DNA from: a virus
UHGV virus genome: UHGV-0210093
Reading direction: 5' to 3' (one strand)
DNA: 54,052 nucleotides
Shown here: in pieces, positions 46,666-54,052 of the stretch
How the letters are laid out: the number at the start of each line of letters is the position of its first letter
Numbering within the stretch: position 1 is the first letter of the stretch
Position numbers and translations under genes: made by a program
The notes under the pieces: model-generated
Told to the model about the DNA's origin: nothing
The model's database searches: none
What the model saw: only the letters and a program-made list of their open reading frames with translations

Positions 46666-47292
46666 ATGAAAAGGACAAAAAGAGCTTGTATAAAATGCGG
46701 AAAGCTTTTTTACGGAGGAACGGACAAAACATATTGCGATGAGTGTGCGAAAGTTATAAAAAGTAATGTTATGCGTACAAGAACGTGTAAATCGTGCGGA
46801 GCTGAATTTTTGGGAGGTCCACGTGCATCCTATTGTCCGAACTGTCGCAGAATAAGGCAAAGAGAAGCAAACGAAAGAGCAAGAAAAAGAGGAGGTGCAA
46901 CTAGACCAATCGGAAGTATCGACAAGTGCAAATTGTGTGGAGCTGAATATGTTGTTAATTCCGGAAGGCAAAAATATTGTTCGGACGAGTGCCAAAGAGA
47001 AGCGGTACTTGCATGGCAACGAGAACACAAAAAAGGATATGGCCAGGCATCTGGACAAGACATAAAAAAAGCAGAACGAAGAAAAGAGAAAAAGAAAATC
47101 TGCGTATATTGCGGACGTGTTTTTTCTTCTAATACAGCAACAAACACATGTTCCGATTATTGCCGAAAGAAAAATACGAAAATAATTGAGTACAGAGCGG
47201 AAATAAAACGTGGAATTAACGCAAATATCGAAAAACTGATAGAAGAAAGAAATGAATATAGAACAAAAATAAAAAAGGACGAGGAGGTATGA
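46666..47292 (+). CDS. protein with four tandem zinc-ribbon modules
   Basis: AAAGGAGAAAAA RBS. Four CxxCG-x(n)-YC-x2-C units with basic linkers. Confidence 0.4.
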   Translation: MKRTKRACIKCGKLFYGGTDKTYCDECAKVIKSNVMRTRTCKSCGAEFLGGPRASYCPNCRRIRQREANERARKRGGATRPIGSIDKCKLCGAEYVVNSGRQKYCSDECQREAVLAWQREHKKGYGQASGQDIKKAERRKEKKKICVYCGRVFSSNTATNTCSDYCRKKNTKIIEYRAEIKRGINANIEKLIEERNEYRTKIKKDEEV

Positions 47293-47295
47293 ATT

Positions 47296-47523
47296 ATGAA
47301 GGCAAACACAGGAATCGAAAGATTAAACAAATTAAAAGAACTTGGATGGGAAGTAGTAGCAGATGATCGCAAAAATGGAGTCGGAGAAGTGCGGTTAGAA
47401 ACAACAGTGTTAAGAAAGAGCGAAGACCCTTTTGGAAATTCTACTGGCGAGGATTGGGAACAACTTATGCACTGCCAAATCTTCTTCTATGATGATGGAA
47501 CATACGAAGAGACAAGAGGCTGA
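47296..47523 (+). CDS. hypothetical protein
   Basis: 75 aa ORF. Confidence 0.3.
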   Translation: MKANTGIERLNKLKELGWEVVADDRKNGVGEVRLETTVLRKSEDPFGNSTGEDWEQLMHCQIFFYDDGTYEETRG

Positions 47524-47528
47524 TAGGA

Positions 47529-47729
47529 GTGAATGATACAATGAAAGAAGTTGAAAGAAACGTCATGTTCGCAAAAGCTGGTGGAAACGCAAGCAAGAAC
47601 GCATACACTTGCAGAATCTCACTTCCGATGGATGCGATCAAGGCACTTGGAGTCACACCGGACGATAGATCGGTTACATTGACAATCGATGAAAATAGAG
47701 TAGTAATTACAAAAGCTACAGAGAGTTAA
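47529..47729 (+). CDS. AbrB/MazE-type swapped-hairpin DNA-binding protein
   Basis: RISLPMDAIKALGVTPDDRSVTLTIDENRVVITK resembles the AbrB N-domain. Confidence 0.4.
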   Translation: MNDTMKEVERNVMFAKAGGNASKNAYTCRISLPMDAIKALGVTPDDRSVTLTIDENRVVITKATES

Positions 47730-47812
47730 TTCCAAGAAAACAGAGAAATAATTAAATATGGGTACAAAAAAAAGATTTTACATAGGTACAATGATATAAG
47801 AGACATTGTATC

Positions 47813-48103
47813 ATGTGTGGAATCTTTTTTTATTTTGGAGGCAGAAAGGTGAATCTCAATGGAATATCCAAGAAGCTACAGAGAGCAATCTTGCAGACAG
47901 GCTTGATCATAAAGTACAGTCAGAGACAATTCTATTCAGCTGAACAGAACAGACTCATCAACATCTATATATTATCTACTCCGGCACTAGGAAGAGACAG
48001 GCATGGAGAGTGGAAAGAGAAAGATTTAGAACTGATCAGAACAACATCACAGCTTGAAATAGTGAATTGTCTGAAAGAAATATGGGACGAGGTGAAGCCT
48101 TGA
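47813..48103 (+). CDS. hypothetical protein
   Basis: 96 aa ORF. Confidence 0.25.
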   Translation: MCGIFFYFGGRKVNLNGISKKLQRAILQTGLIIKYSQRQFYSAEQNRLINIYILSTPALGRDRHGEWKEKDLELIRTTSQLEIVNCLKEIWDEVKP

Positions 48104-48279
48104 GGATTGCAAACAGAGAGATAACAGATGAATGTACGTATTGTGGGAACATCTTACAGTGTGAACTATTCCGTCAAGGACATGGGATACATACGGAGAG
48201 GACAAATGTACTACAGATGATTAAGTGTCAAATGGAACACAGGGAGAAAAGAGACAGTAAAGAAAAGGGTGGTGGTTAA
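48067..48279 (+). CDS. hypothetical Cys-containing protein
   Basis: 70 aa ORF. Confidence 0.25.
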   Translation: MSERNMGRGEALRIANREITDECTYCGNILQCELFRQGHGIHTERTNVLQMIKCQMEHREKRDSKEKGGG

Positions 48280-48281
48280 AT

Positions 48282-48746
48282 GTGCCTAAGGATAAGCTAA
48301 CACCTAAGCAGAAAAAGTTCTGTGATGAGTACCTAAAGTTAGGAAACGCAACACAGGCAGCGAAGAATGCAGGATACAGTGAAAAGACAGCATATAGAAC
48401 TGGAGCTGATAACCTCAAAGTTCCTCATATTTTGGACTATATCAACGCTAGACAGGAGCAAATCGCAAGTAAAGACATAGCAGATATTGAGGAAATCATG
48501 AAGTATCTAACTGATGTCATGCGAGGGAAAATCAAAGATCAGTTCGACCTAGACGCATCATTGTCTGAACGAACCAAAGCAGCACAGGAACTTCTGAAAC
48601 GTAACGTTGACGATAGGAAGATGAACCTTGAGCTTGCAAAACTGGAAGCACAGTTCAAAGACAATGGATCTGATGAAGATGCAAAAGACAACTTCATGGA
48701 TGCACTGAATTCCGCAGCGAGTGAGGTGTGGACAGATGATGAATAA
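48282..48746 (+). CDS. terS: terminase small subunit
   Basis: KQKKFCDEYLKLGNATQAAKNAGYS is an HTH-type TerS N-terminus. Directly upstream of the large subunit. Confidence 0.6.
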   Translation: MPKDKLTPKQKKFCDEYLKLGNATQAAKNAGYSEKTAYRTGADNLKVPHILDYINARQEQIASKDIADIEEIMKYLTDVMRGKIKDQFDLDASLSERTKAAQELLKRNVDDRKMNLELAKLEAQFKDNGSDEDAKDNFMDALNSAASEVWTDDE

Positions 48747-50061
48747 CTTTGAGGAGAGATTAGCTTCCGTCCGGCAAGGAATCATGAAACGCGCTGCTGC
48801 CATGAAAGAGAAAGCTAAGAAACAAGGATTTGAGTTCAAGCCTTTCTCAAGAAAGCAGAAACAGGTGCTGACATGGTGGTGTCCTAGCAGTCCGGTGAAG
48901 GACAAAGATGGAATCATAGCAGACGGAGCAATCCGAAGTGGTAAGACACTGTGTATGTCACTGTCCTACGTGCTGTGGGCAATGGAAAGTTTCAACCAAC
49001 AGAACTTCGGTATGGCTGGAAAGACAATCGGATCATTCCGAAGAAACGTATTGTTTTGGTTGAAATTGATGCTGAAAAGCCGAGGATATCAAGTTGTGGA
49101 CCATAGATCAGACAATCTGATTGCGGTCAGCAAGGGAGATACACAGAACTTCTTCTACATCTTCGGCGGTAAGGATGAAAGGTCACAGGACTTGATTCAA
49201 GGTATCACTCTTGCCGGTATGTTCTTCGATGAGGTCGCTCTGATGCCGGAGTCATTCGTCAACCAGGCAACAGGACGATGTTCTGTTACCGGTTCTAAGT
49301 TTTGGTTTAACTGCAATCCGAACAGCCCTCGACACTGGTTTAAGGTCAACTGGATAGACAAGTGTGAAGAGAAGCACATCATTTATCTGCATTTTACGAT
49401 GGATGACAACCTATCGCTCTCTGAGAAGATCAAAGAACGATACCGAAGTATGTATGTAGGTGTGTTCTTCAAGCGGTATATCTTAGGATTGTGGTGCGTG
49501 GCTGAAGGACTTGTCTATTCGATGTTCGATGAAGAAAAACATGTCACTGATGAACACATGAGTGGTGCACTGGAATATGTTGTGTCAATCGACTACGGTA
49601 CGGTCAATCCTTTCTCAGCTGGTCTGTGGGCATTCGATGGGAAATATTCGCAGCGTGAAGCAGAACTGTACTACAACAGTAGAGAGGTCGGCAAGCGTGT
49701 AGACGATGAAGCTTATTACAAGATGCTAAAGGAACTGATCGGAGACAGAAAAGTATCATGTATCATCATAGATCCATCTGCAGCATCCTTCATTGAAGTT
49801 ATCAAGAAGTACGGAGAGTACACAGTGAGGAAAGCTGACAATGATGTACTGGACGGAATCCGAGTGGTCACAACAATGCTGAATAAAGGACTCCTGAAGA
49901 TATACAAGGATTGCACAAGCTGTATCAATGAGTTTGGACTCTATTGTTGGGATGAGGAAAAGAACAATGATACAGTGATCAAAGAGAATGACCATGTGAT
50001 GGATGATACAAGATATTATGTCTACACATTCTTGCGTAGGCGGTTGAGGTGGAAATACTAA
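48721..50061 (+). CDS. terL: terminase large subunit
   Basis: Walker-A-like GAIRSGKT and a nuclease-domain acidic motif; 446 aa. Confidence 0.8.
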   Translation: MRCGQMMNNFEERLASVRQGIMKRAAAMKEKAKKQGFEFKPFSRKQKQVLTWWCPSSPVKDKDGIIADGAIRSGKTLCMSLSYVLWAMESFNQQNFGMAGKTIGSFRRNVLFWLKLMLKSRGYQVVDHRSDNLIAVSKGDTQNFFYIFGGKDERSQDLIQGITLAGMFFDEVALMPESFVNQATGRCSVTGSKFWFNCNPNSPRHWFKVNWIDKCEEKHIIYLHFTMDDNLSLSEKIKERYRSMYVGVFFKRYILGLWCVAEGLVYSMFDEEKHVTDEHMSGALEYVVSIDYGTVNPFSAGLWAFDGKYSQREAELYYNSREVGKRVDDEAYYKMLKELIGDRKVSCIIIDPSAASFIEVIKKYGEYTVRKADNDVLDGIRVVTTMLNKGLLKIYKDCTSCINEFGLYCWDEEKNNDTVIKENDHVMDDTRYYVYTFLRRRLRWKY

Positions 50062-51458
50062 TGGGACTAATACAAAAAATTAAGGCGGTATTTAACAGAA
50101 TGTTTGGAGTAAACGAAGTAAGAGATATATTTGGAATTGAGGCTAGTCGCTCTTCTGAAATGCAGACTGCCTTAGATTTGTATAAGGGCATGAGATCAGG
50201 ACTGCCGACATGGTGCATGGACGGAACAATCAAACCGACAAGGTTCTCTAATGTCATTTGCCGGGAGATTGCAAACCTTACACTATTCAATGTCAATGTT
50301 GAGATTGATGGTAACGATGCGCTCAAGAAGAAATTTGATGAAGTGTTGAACGCGTTACAAGAGAAACAGGAAGAGAGCTGTGCTACTTGCGGAATGATGA
50401 TCAAGACGGACGGACAAGGAATTGAGTTCCTAGATCCGGACTACTTCATCATCACAGACACCAATACCAACGGTGATGTACTTGCAGCAGTGTTCTTCTC
50501 GTACATCAAAAAGGGAAACAGGTACTACACAAAAGCAGAATATCACAGGTTTGAGGATGTGAATGGTGAAAGAGTCTATAAGATTTCATCAAAAGCATTC
50601 AAGAGTGAAGATAAGAACCGTATCGGATCTGAAATTTCCCTAGAGAAAGTAGATGAATGGAAAGATATTCTCCCGGAAGTAGAAGTAAGAGGGTTGGAGT
50701 ATCCATTATTTGTGTACTGGCGAAATCCTTATGCGAATGCAATCGACAAGGAGTCTCCTCTTACTGTACCGGTATTTGCTGAATGCATTGAAGAGTTGAG
50801 ATGGCTCGATATCGCACTCAATAAGATGGGGGACGAACAGGAAGACAGCCAGCACGTTACTTTTGTATCACAGACAGTAATCCAATATGCTAATCAGAAT
50901 GGAATCAAGCTCCCTCGATTCGTGCAAGGACTTGAAATGGGAGTGGATGCAGACGGTACGATTCAAGAACATGTACCGACTATGTTGGTAGCCGAAAGAA
51001 CTTCTGCCATCAACTTCTATCTATCCATCATCGGATACAAGTGTGGATTCTCTAATGGATACTTCTCGTTTGATGAGTCAAGAGGAATTCAGACAGCAAC
51101 ACAGGTTGAATCGGATGATAGAAGAACGCTACATACAATTGAAGCATTCAGAACAATCCTTGATGGAAAGAACCATGATGGAGTTATCCACAGAATCTTA
51201 TACATTCTCTACGCTACAGGAACAGCTAATGGAACAATTCCAGCTTCCGGATATCAGACAGCTTGTGAGTTTGAAGACCTTGTGTACAACCTTGAAGATG
51301 ATCGTGCTCGTTGGTGGAATTATGTAGTACAGGGAAAAGTACCGGCATGGATGTACTTCGTGAAGTTTGAAGGGATGACAGAGCCAGAAGCGAAAGCAAT
51401 GATTGAAGAAGCCAGTGACAAAGGCGAAACTCTCTTTGATAAATTCCAAGATGAGTAA
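50049..51458 (+). CDS. portal protein
   Basis: 469 aa immediately after terL, overlapping its stop. Confidence 0.75.
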   Translation: MEILMGLIQKIKAVFNRMFGVNEVRDIFGIEASRSSEMQTALDLYKGMRSGLPTWCMDGTIKPTRFSNVICREIANLTLFNVNVEIDGNDALKKKFDEVLNALQEKQEESCATCGMMIKTDGQGIEFLDPDYFIITDTNTNGDVLAAVFFSYIKKGNRYYTKAEYHRFEDVNGERVYKISSKAFKSEDKNRIGSEISLEKVDEWKDILPEVEVRGLEYPLFVYWRNPYANAIDKESPLTVPVFAECIEELRWLDIALNKMGDEQEDSQHVTFVSQTVIQYANQNGIKLPRFVQGLEMGVDADGTIQEHVPTMLVAERTSAINFYLSIIGYKCGFSNGYFSFDESRGIQTATQVESDDRRTLHTIEAFRTILDGKNHDGVIHRILYILYATGTANGTIPASGYQTACEFEDLVYNLEDDRARWWNYVVQGKVPAWMYFVKFEGMTEPEAKAMIEEASDKGETLFDKFQDE

Positions 51459-51533
51459 ATTATGGGGACAATGAAAGCAAGCGAATACGGTACTATGTAC
51501 TTGAGGACGAAAAGTTCATTCGTTTTTCATTCC

Positions 51534-51562
51534 TTGACAGTGCAATGTACAGCACTATAAAT
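51534..51562 (+). promoter_or_regulatory. sigma70-like promoter TTGACA-16-TATAAA upstream of the tRNA cluster
   Basis: Consensus hexamers. Confidence 0.35.
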
Positions 51563-51724
51563 ATTGCTACTAACCGTCAGATGGCGGTTAAGGCTTGTTC
51601 CTTAGTAGGACACAGAACCCGGAGCATAACCGGGACAGGCCTATTCCCGGTTTCTTGTCATCTCCCCGGGAACACCTAAAATAATGTATCGAGCGGTTTT
51701 TCTTGGTTCACGCTCGATACTTAA

Positions 51725-51797
51725 GCTATCATAGCTCAAATGGTAGAGCGGTTGACTTTTAATCAACAGGTTTTCGGTTCGAATCCGAACGGTAGCT
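51725..51797 (+). tRNA. tRNA-Lys (anticodon UUU)
   Basis: Cloverleaf folded by hand: acceptor GCTATCA/CGGTAGC, D-stem GCTC/GAGC, anticodon loop CTTTTAA, T-arm TTCGG-TTCGAAT-CCGAA. Confidence 0.7.
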
Positions 51798-51828
51798 TTC
51801 TCCGGAATTCGGAGAGAAATCTTTTTCA
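51798..51828 (+). terminator. rho-independent terminator (TCTCCGGAATTCGGAGA + T run)
   Basis: Perfect hairpin followed by AATCTTTTT. Confidence 0.55.
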
Positions 51829-51861
51829 TAACAAATTTTTCCTTACTACAGTGTAGTTGGA

Positions 51862-51940
51862 AGCCGTATAGCTTAATGGTAAAGCGTTCATCCTACCCCT
51901 ACCCAAGTGAAAGATTGAGGTTCGAATCCTTATACGGCTA
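51862..51940 (+). ncRNA. aberrant tRNA-like gene with a 15-nt anticodon loop
   Basis: Acceptor (AGCCGTA/TACGGCT), D-arm (GCTT-AATGGTA-AAGC) and T-arm (TGAGG-TTCGAAT-CCTTA) are all good. The anticodon stem TTCAT/GTGAA encloses CCTACCCCTACCCAA, which looks like a tandem CCTACCC duplication. Confidence 0.4.
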
Positions 51941-52663
51941 TTTTCAAATATGATTACCTCGGTGCAGAGTGATTTTTCAGTCATGCCGAGATGCAATGGT
52001 GACGAGATAGGCTTGTTCGAGATATTGGATAAGCTGATTCTTTCCACTGGGAGTGATTCCATTGGTGAAGACGGAAACCGTCAACAATGCCTTGCAGTGT
52101 ATCATCATAGAGAAGTCAAATGCAGAATCCTTGTGGTCAGTGATTAATAGACGTCTGCGGTGCAGAAATAATCCAGTGATGTGAGTGGTGTGAGAGACTA
52201 CAGACTAACTGGAAATTCTCAATAAGCTGATTTGCCTTGAATCTGAGAAATCGGAGTATAACACAAGAGGTTCGTTAAAGTAGCGGTATGGCAAGTTCTT
52301 AAATAAGCAATTTCGATATGAGCAATGCAAAAGGTGCAAAATAGGCGAAAACATAATCTGAAAGAACCGTGAAATTTATGGGTATCAATCCCATGTGTGC
52401 TTTGACAGTGGTAGGAAGCCAAGAGTCGCTCTCGGAAGCTCAGACCTATCATCGCAGTGGCAGAATATGACTTTTACCATGATTGAATAAGGGGAAACCC
52501 TAATTGTGTTTGAAAATTTATGTAACAGGCGGATTTTAGCTGCGGAGTTCCGTCAAAGATTTAATATTCACATTTTTGCACGATAGTCACAGTGTTTATT
52601 ATTTTCTTCGTACTGTCTAAAAGAACCGTAGCAGAGGTGGTTTGATTACTGTCCACCTGCTAA

Positions 52664-52735
52664 CGGAACGTAGCTCAGTGGTAGAGCAACTGGCTTATAT
52701 CCAGCGTGTCGGAGGTTCGATACCTCCCGTTCCGA
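52664..52735 (+). tRNA. tRNA-Ile (anticodon UAU; anticodon loop CTTATAT)
   Basis: Acceptor CGGAACG/CGTTCCG, D-arm GCTC-AGTGGTA-GAGC, T-arm GGAGG-TTCGATA-CCTCC. There is an A27-C43 mismatch. Confidence 0.55.
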
Positions 52736-52740
52736 TTTAA

Positions 52741-52812
52741 TGACGTATAGCTCAATGGCAGAGCATCCGGCCGTTAACCGGAGGGTTGCCGGTTCAAGTC
52801 CGGCTATGTCAG
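52741..52812 (+). tRNA. tRNA-Asn (anticodon GUU), with an unusual C33
   Basis: Acceptor TGACGTA/TATGTCA, D-arm GCTC-AATGGCA-GAGC, anticodon arm TCCGG-CCGTTAA-CCGGA, T-arm GCCGG-TTCAAGT-CCGGC. Confidence 0.55.
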
Positions 52813-52841
52813 TTTTTTTTAATTGAAAGGAGAAACGAACA

Positions 52842-53336
52842 ATGACATTTAAAGAAGCATTTGAAGCAATGAAACATGGAGCAAAGGTGAAACTTCCATC
52901 ATGGGCTGGGTATTGGTTCTGGTGTATTCCGGCACAGTCAATTCTGATGCATACAAAAGATGGTAATGACATTGATGTCCGTAGCACCGAGTGTGTGGAT
53001 TACACATTTACAAATATTTGTTCCGATGAATGGATTTTTGCGAATGACACGAACTGTCCGGCACTTGGTGGTGCAGCAACTTTTTCTTTCGGTGAAGCTA
53101 TTAAGCAATTAAAGAAAGGACGTAAAGTAGCTCGTAAAGGTTGGAATGGAAAGGAGCAGTACATTCAGCTTGCCACTGGTATTTCTTACAAAACAGCAGA
53201 TGGAGAAATTGTAAACTGTGAACATGATGCTATTGGAAATATGGCTATTGCATTTGTCGGAACATCAGGAGTACAGATGGGATGGCTTGCAAGTCAGGCA
53301 GATATGCTTGCAGAAGATTGGGTATTTGCAGAGTAG
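52842..53336 (+). CDS. tandem DUF2829 (Tad2-like) protein
   Basis: Two copies of the DUF2829 signature: FKEAFEAMKHGAKVKLPSWAGYW and FGEAIKQLKKGRKVARKGWNGKEQYIQL. GAAAGGAGAAAC RBS. Confidence 0.5.
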   Translation: MTFKEAFEAMKHGAKVKLPSWAGYWFWCIPAQSILMHTKDGNDIDVRSTECVDYTFTNICSDEWIFANDTNCPALGGAATFSFGEAIKQLKKGRKVARKGWNGKEQYIQLATGISYKTADGEIVNCEHDAIGNMAIAFVGTSGVQMGWLASQADMLAEDWVFAE

Positions 53337-53347
53337 GAGGATTAATC

Positions 53348-53674
53348 ATGAAGAAAGCAATGTTAAGTCAGCCAATGGCTGGAAAGACTGATGAAGAAAT
53401 CGTAGCAACAAGAGAGAAAGCAATTAAGGTTCTTGAAGAAAAAGGATATGAAGTTGTGAATACTCTTTTCACAGATGAGTGGTACAGCAATGAATCTATG
53501 AAAGAACGTGGAGTAGTTCAGATTCCATTATGTTTTCTTGCTAAGTCCTTAGAGAATATGTCTCTGTGCCATGCAGCGTACTTCTGTAAAGGCTGGGAGA
53601 ATGCAAGAGGATGCAAGATTGAGCATGATGCTGCGGTTGCTTATGGTTTGGATATTATTTATGAGGAGGCTTAA
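53348..53674 (+). CDS. hypothetical protein (possibly nucleoside-deoxyribosyltransferase-like / DUF4406-like)
   Basis: GGAGGATTAATC then ATG. The motif is weak; the call is tentative. Confidence 0.3.
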   Translation: MKKAMLSQPMAGKTDEEIVATREKAIKVLEEKGYEVVNTLFTDEWYSNESMKERGVVQIPLCFLAKSLENMSLCHAAYFCKGWENARGCKIEHDAAVAYGLDIIYEEA

Positions 53675-53676
53675 TC

Positions 53677-53868
53677 ATGATTATCACAGGAATGAATCAC
53701 TTCCAGAGTGTATGTAAAAAGAAACTTGTTGAATGGTACCATGAGCATAAACCGGAGGTTGAGATTGATTTAAGCAATGTATTTGTCGTATGGAGCTGTA
53801 AGACATTACAGAATTATAAGTGCCTTGCTTCAACCGATATCAGTGGAGATGGTATCTATGCAGAGTAA
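53677..53868 (+). CDS. hypothetical small protein
   Basis: GAGGAGG RBS. Confidence 0.3.
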   Translation: MIITGMNHFQSVCKKKLVEWYHEHKPEVEIDLSNVFVVWSCKTLQNYKCLASTDISGDGIYAE

Positions 53869-53936
53869 CACATACAATGGTGACAAACAGGAGCTGTATG
53901 AAGATGTGTACAAGAAACTGACAAACACCTGTCATA

Positions 53937-54052
53937 CAGAGGAATAAACAAGGCGGTGACAATATGGCGGTATCAACTATGAATATTCTTATCATTTGCG
54001 TAACAGTTTTGCTTTTTGCAATCATTACAAAGGATGATAAAGATGGTGAGGA
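53937..54052 (+). CDS. small membrane protein, 3' end truncated by the window
   Basis: Hydrophobic N-terminus; open to the end of the window. Confidence 0.25.

Noticed and set aside
1-54052. Integrated prophage with host flanks
   Set aside because: No bacterial housekeeping genes appear at either end. The att core occurs once and sits between the lysis and int genes in attP configuration. Both window edges fall inside phage genes.

Overview
The window reads as one ~54 kb temperate siphovirus-like phage genome of a low-GC Gram-positive host, inferred from AGGAGG-type ribosome-binding sites and TTGACA/TATAAT promoters. It appears to be in attP (non-integrated) permutation: no host flanks are visible and the attachment site is present only once. 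Gene order is as follows.

- **Head module:** a MuF-like head-morphogenesis gene truncated at the window start, scaffold, major capsid, connector and neck genes.
- **Tail module:** major tail protein, tail chaperones, a 1032-aa tape measure protein, and a 1812-aa repeat-rich tail protein.
- **Shufflon-like locus (about 16.2-22.3 kb):** a 164-aa expressed gene whose 3' part is separated from about 16 promoterless alternative 3' cassettes by 18 copies of a 12-bp repeat (consensus TTGCTATTTTAT). The repeats sit in two orientations around a tyrosine-recombinase gene.
- **Lysis and integration:** XhlA-like protein, holin, GH25 endolysin, then an attP-like site carrying a tRNA 3'-end mimic and arm-type repeats, then the integrase.
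- **Lysogeny switch:** leftward membrane and immunity-like genes, an XRE repressor, Cro, and face-to-face promoters.
- **Recombination and replication:** DUF1351, Rad52-like, NinB-like, resolvase-like, HNH, and a replisome organizer containing iterons.
- **Small early/middle genes:** about 35 small, mostly unknown genes. Notable ones are a PAPS-reductase-like gene, two DUF551 paralogs, a MazG-like gene, a YopX homolog interrupted by an in-frame TAG, and a four-fold zinc-ribbon protein.
- **Late genes:** a terminator plus strong late promoter, then TerS, TerL and portal.
- **tRNA cluster and morons:** tRNA-Lys-UUU, an aberrant tRNA-like gene, tRNA-Ile-UAU and tRNA-Asn-GUU, followed by moron genes including a tandem DUF2829 (Tad2-like) protein.

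The shufflon-like cassette system is the most novel-looking element. All coordinates and family calls are by eye from the sequence and the ORF track; no database searches were run.
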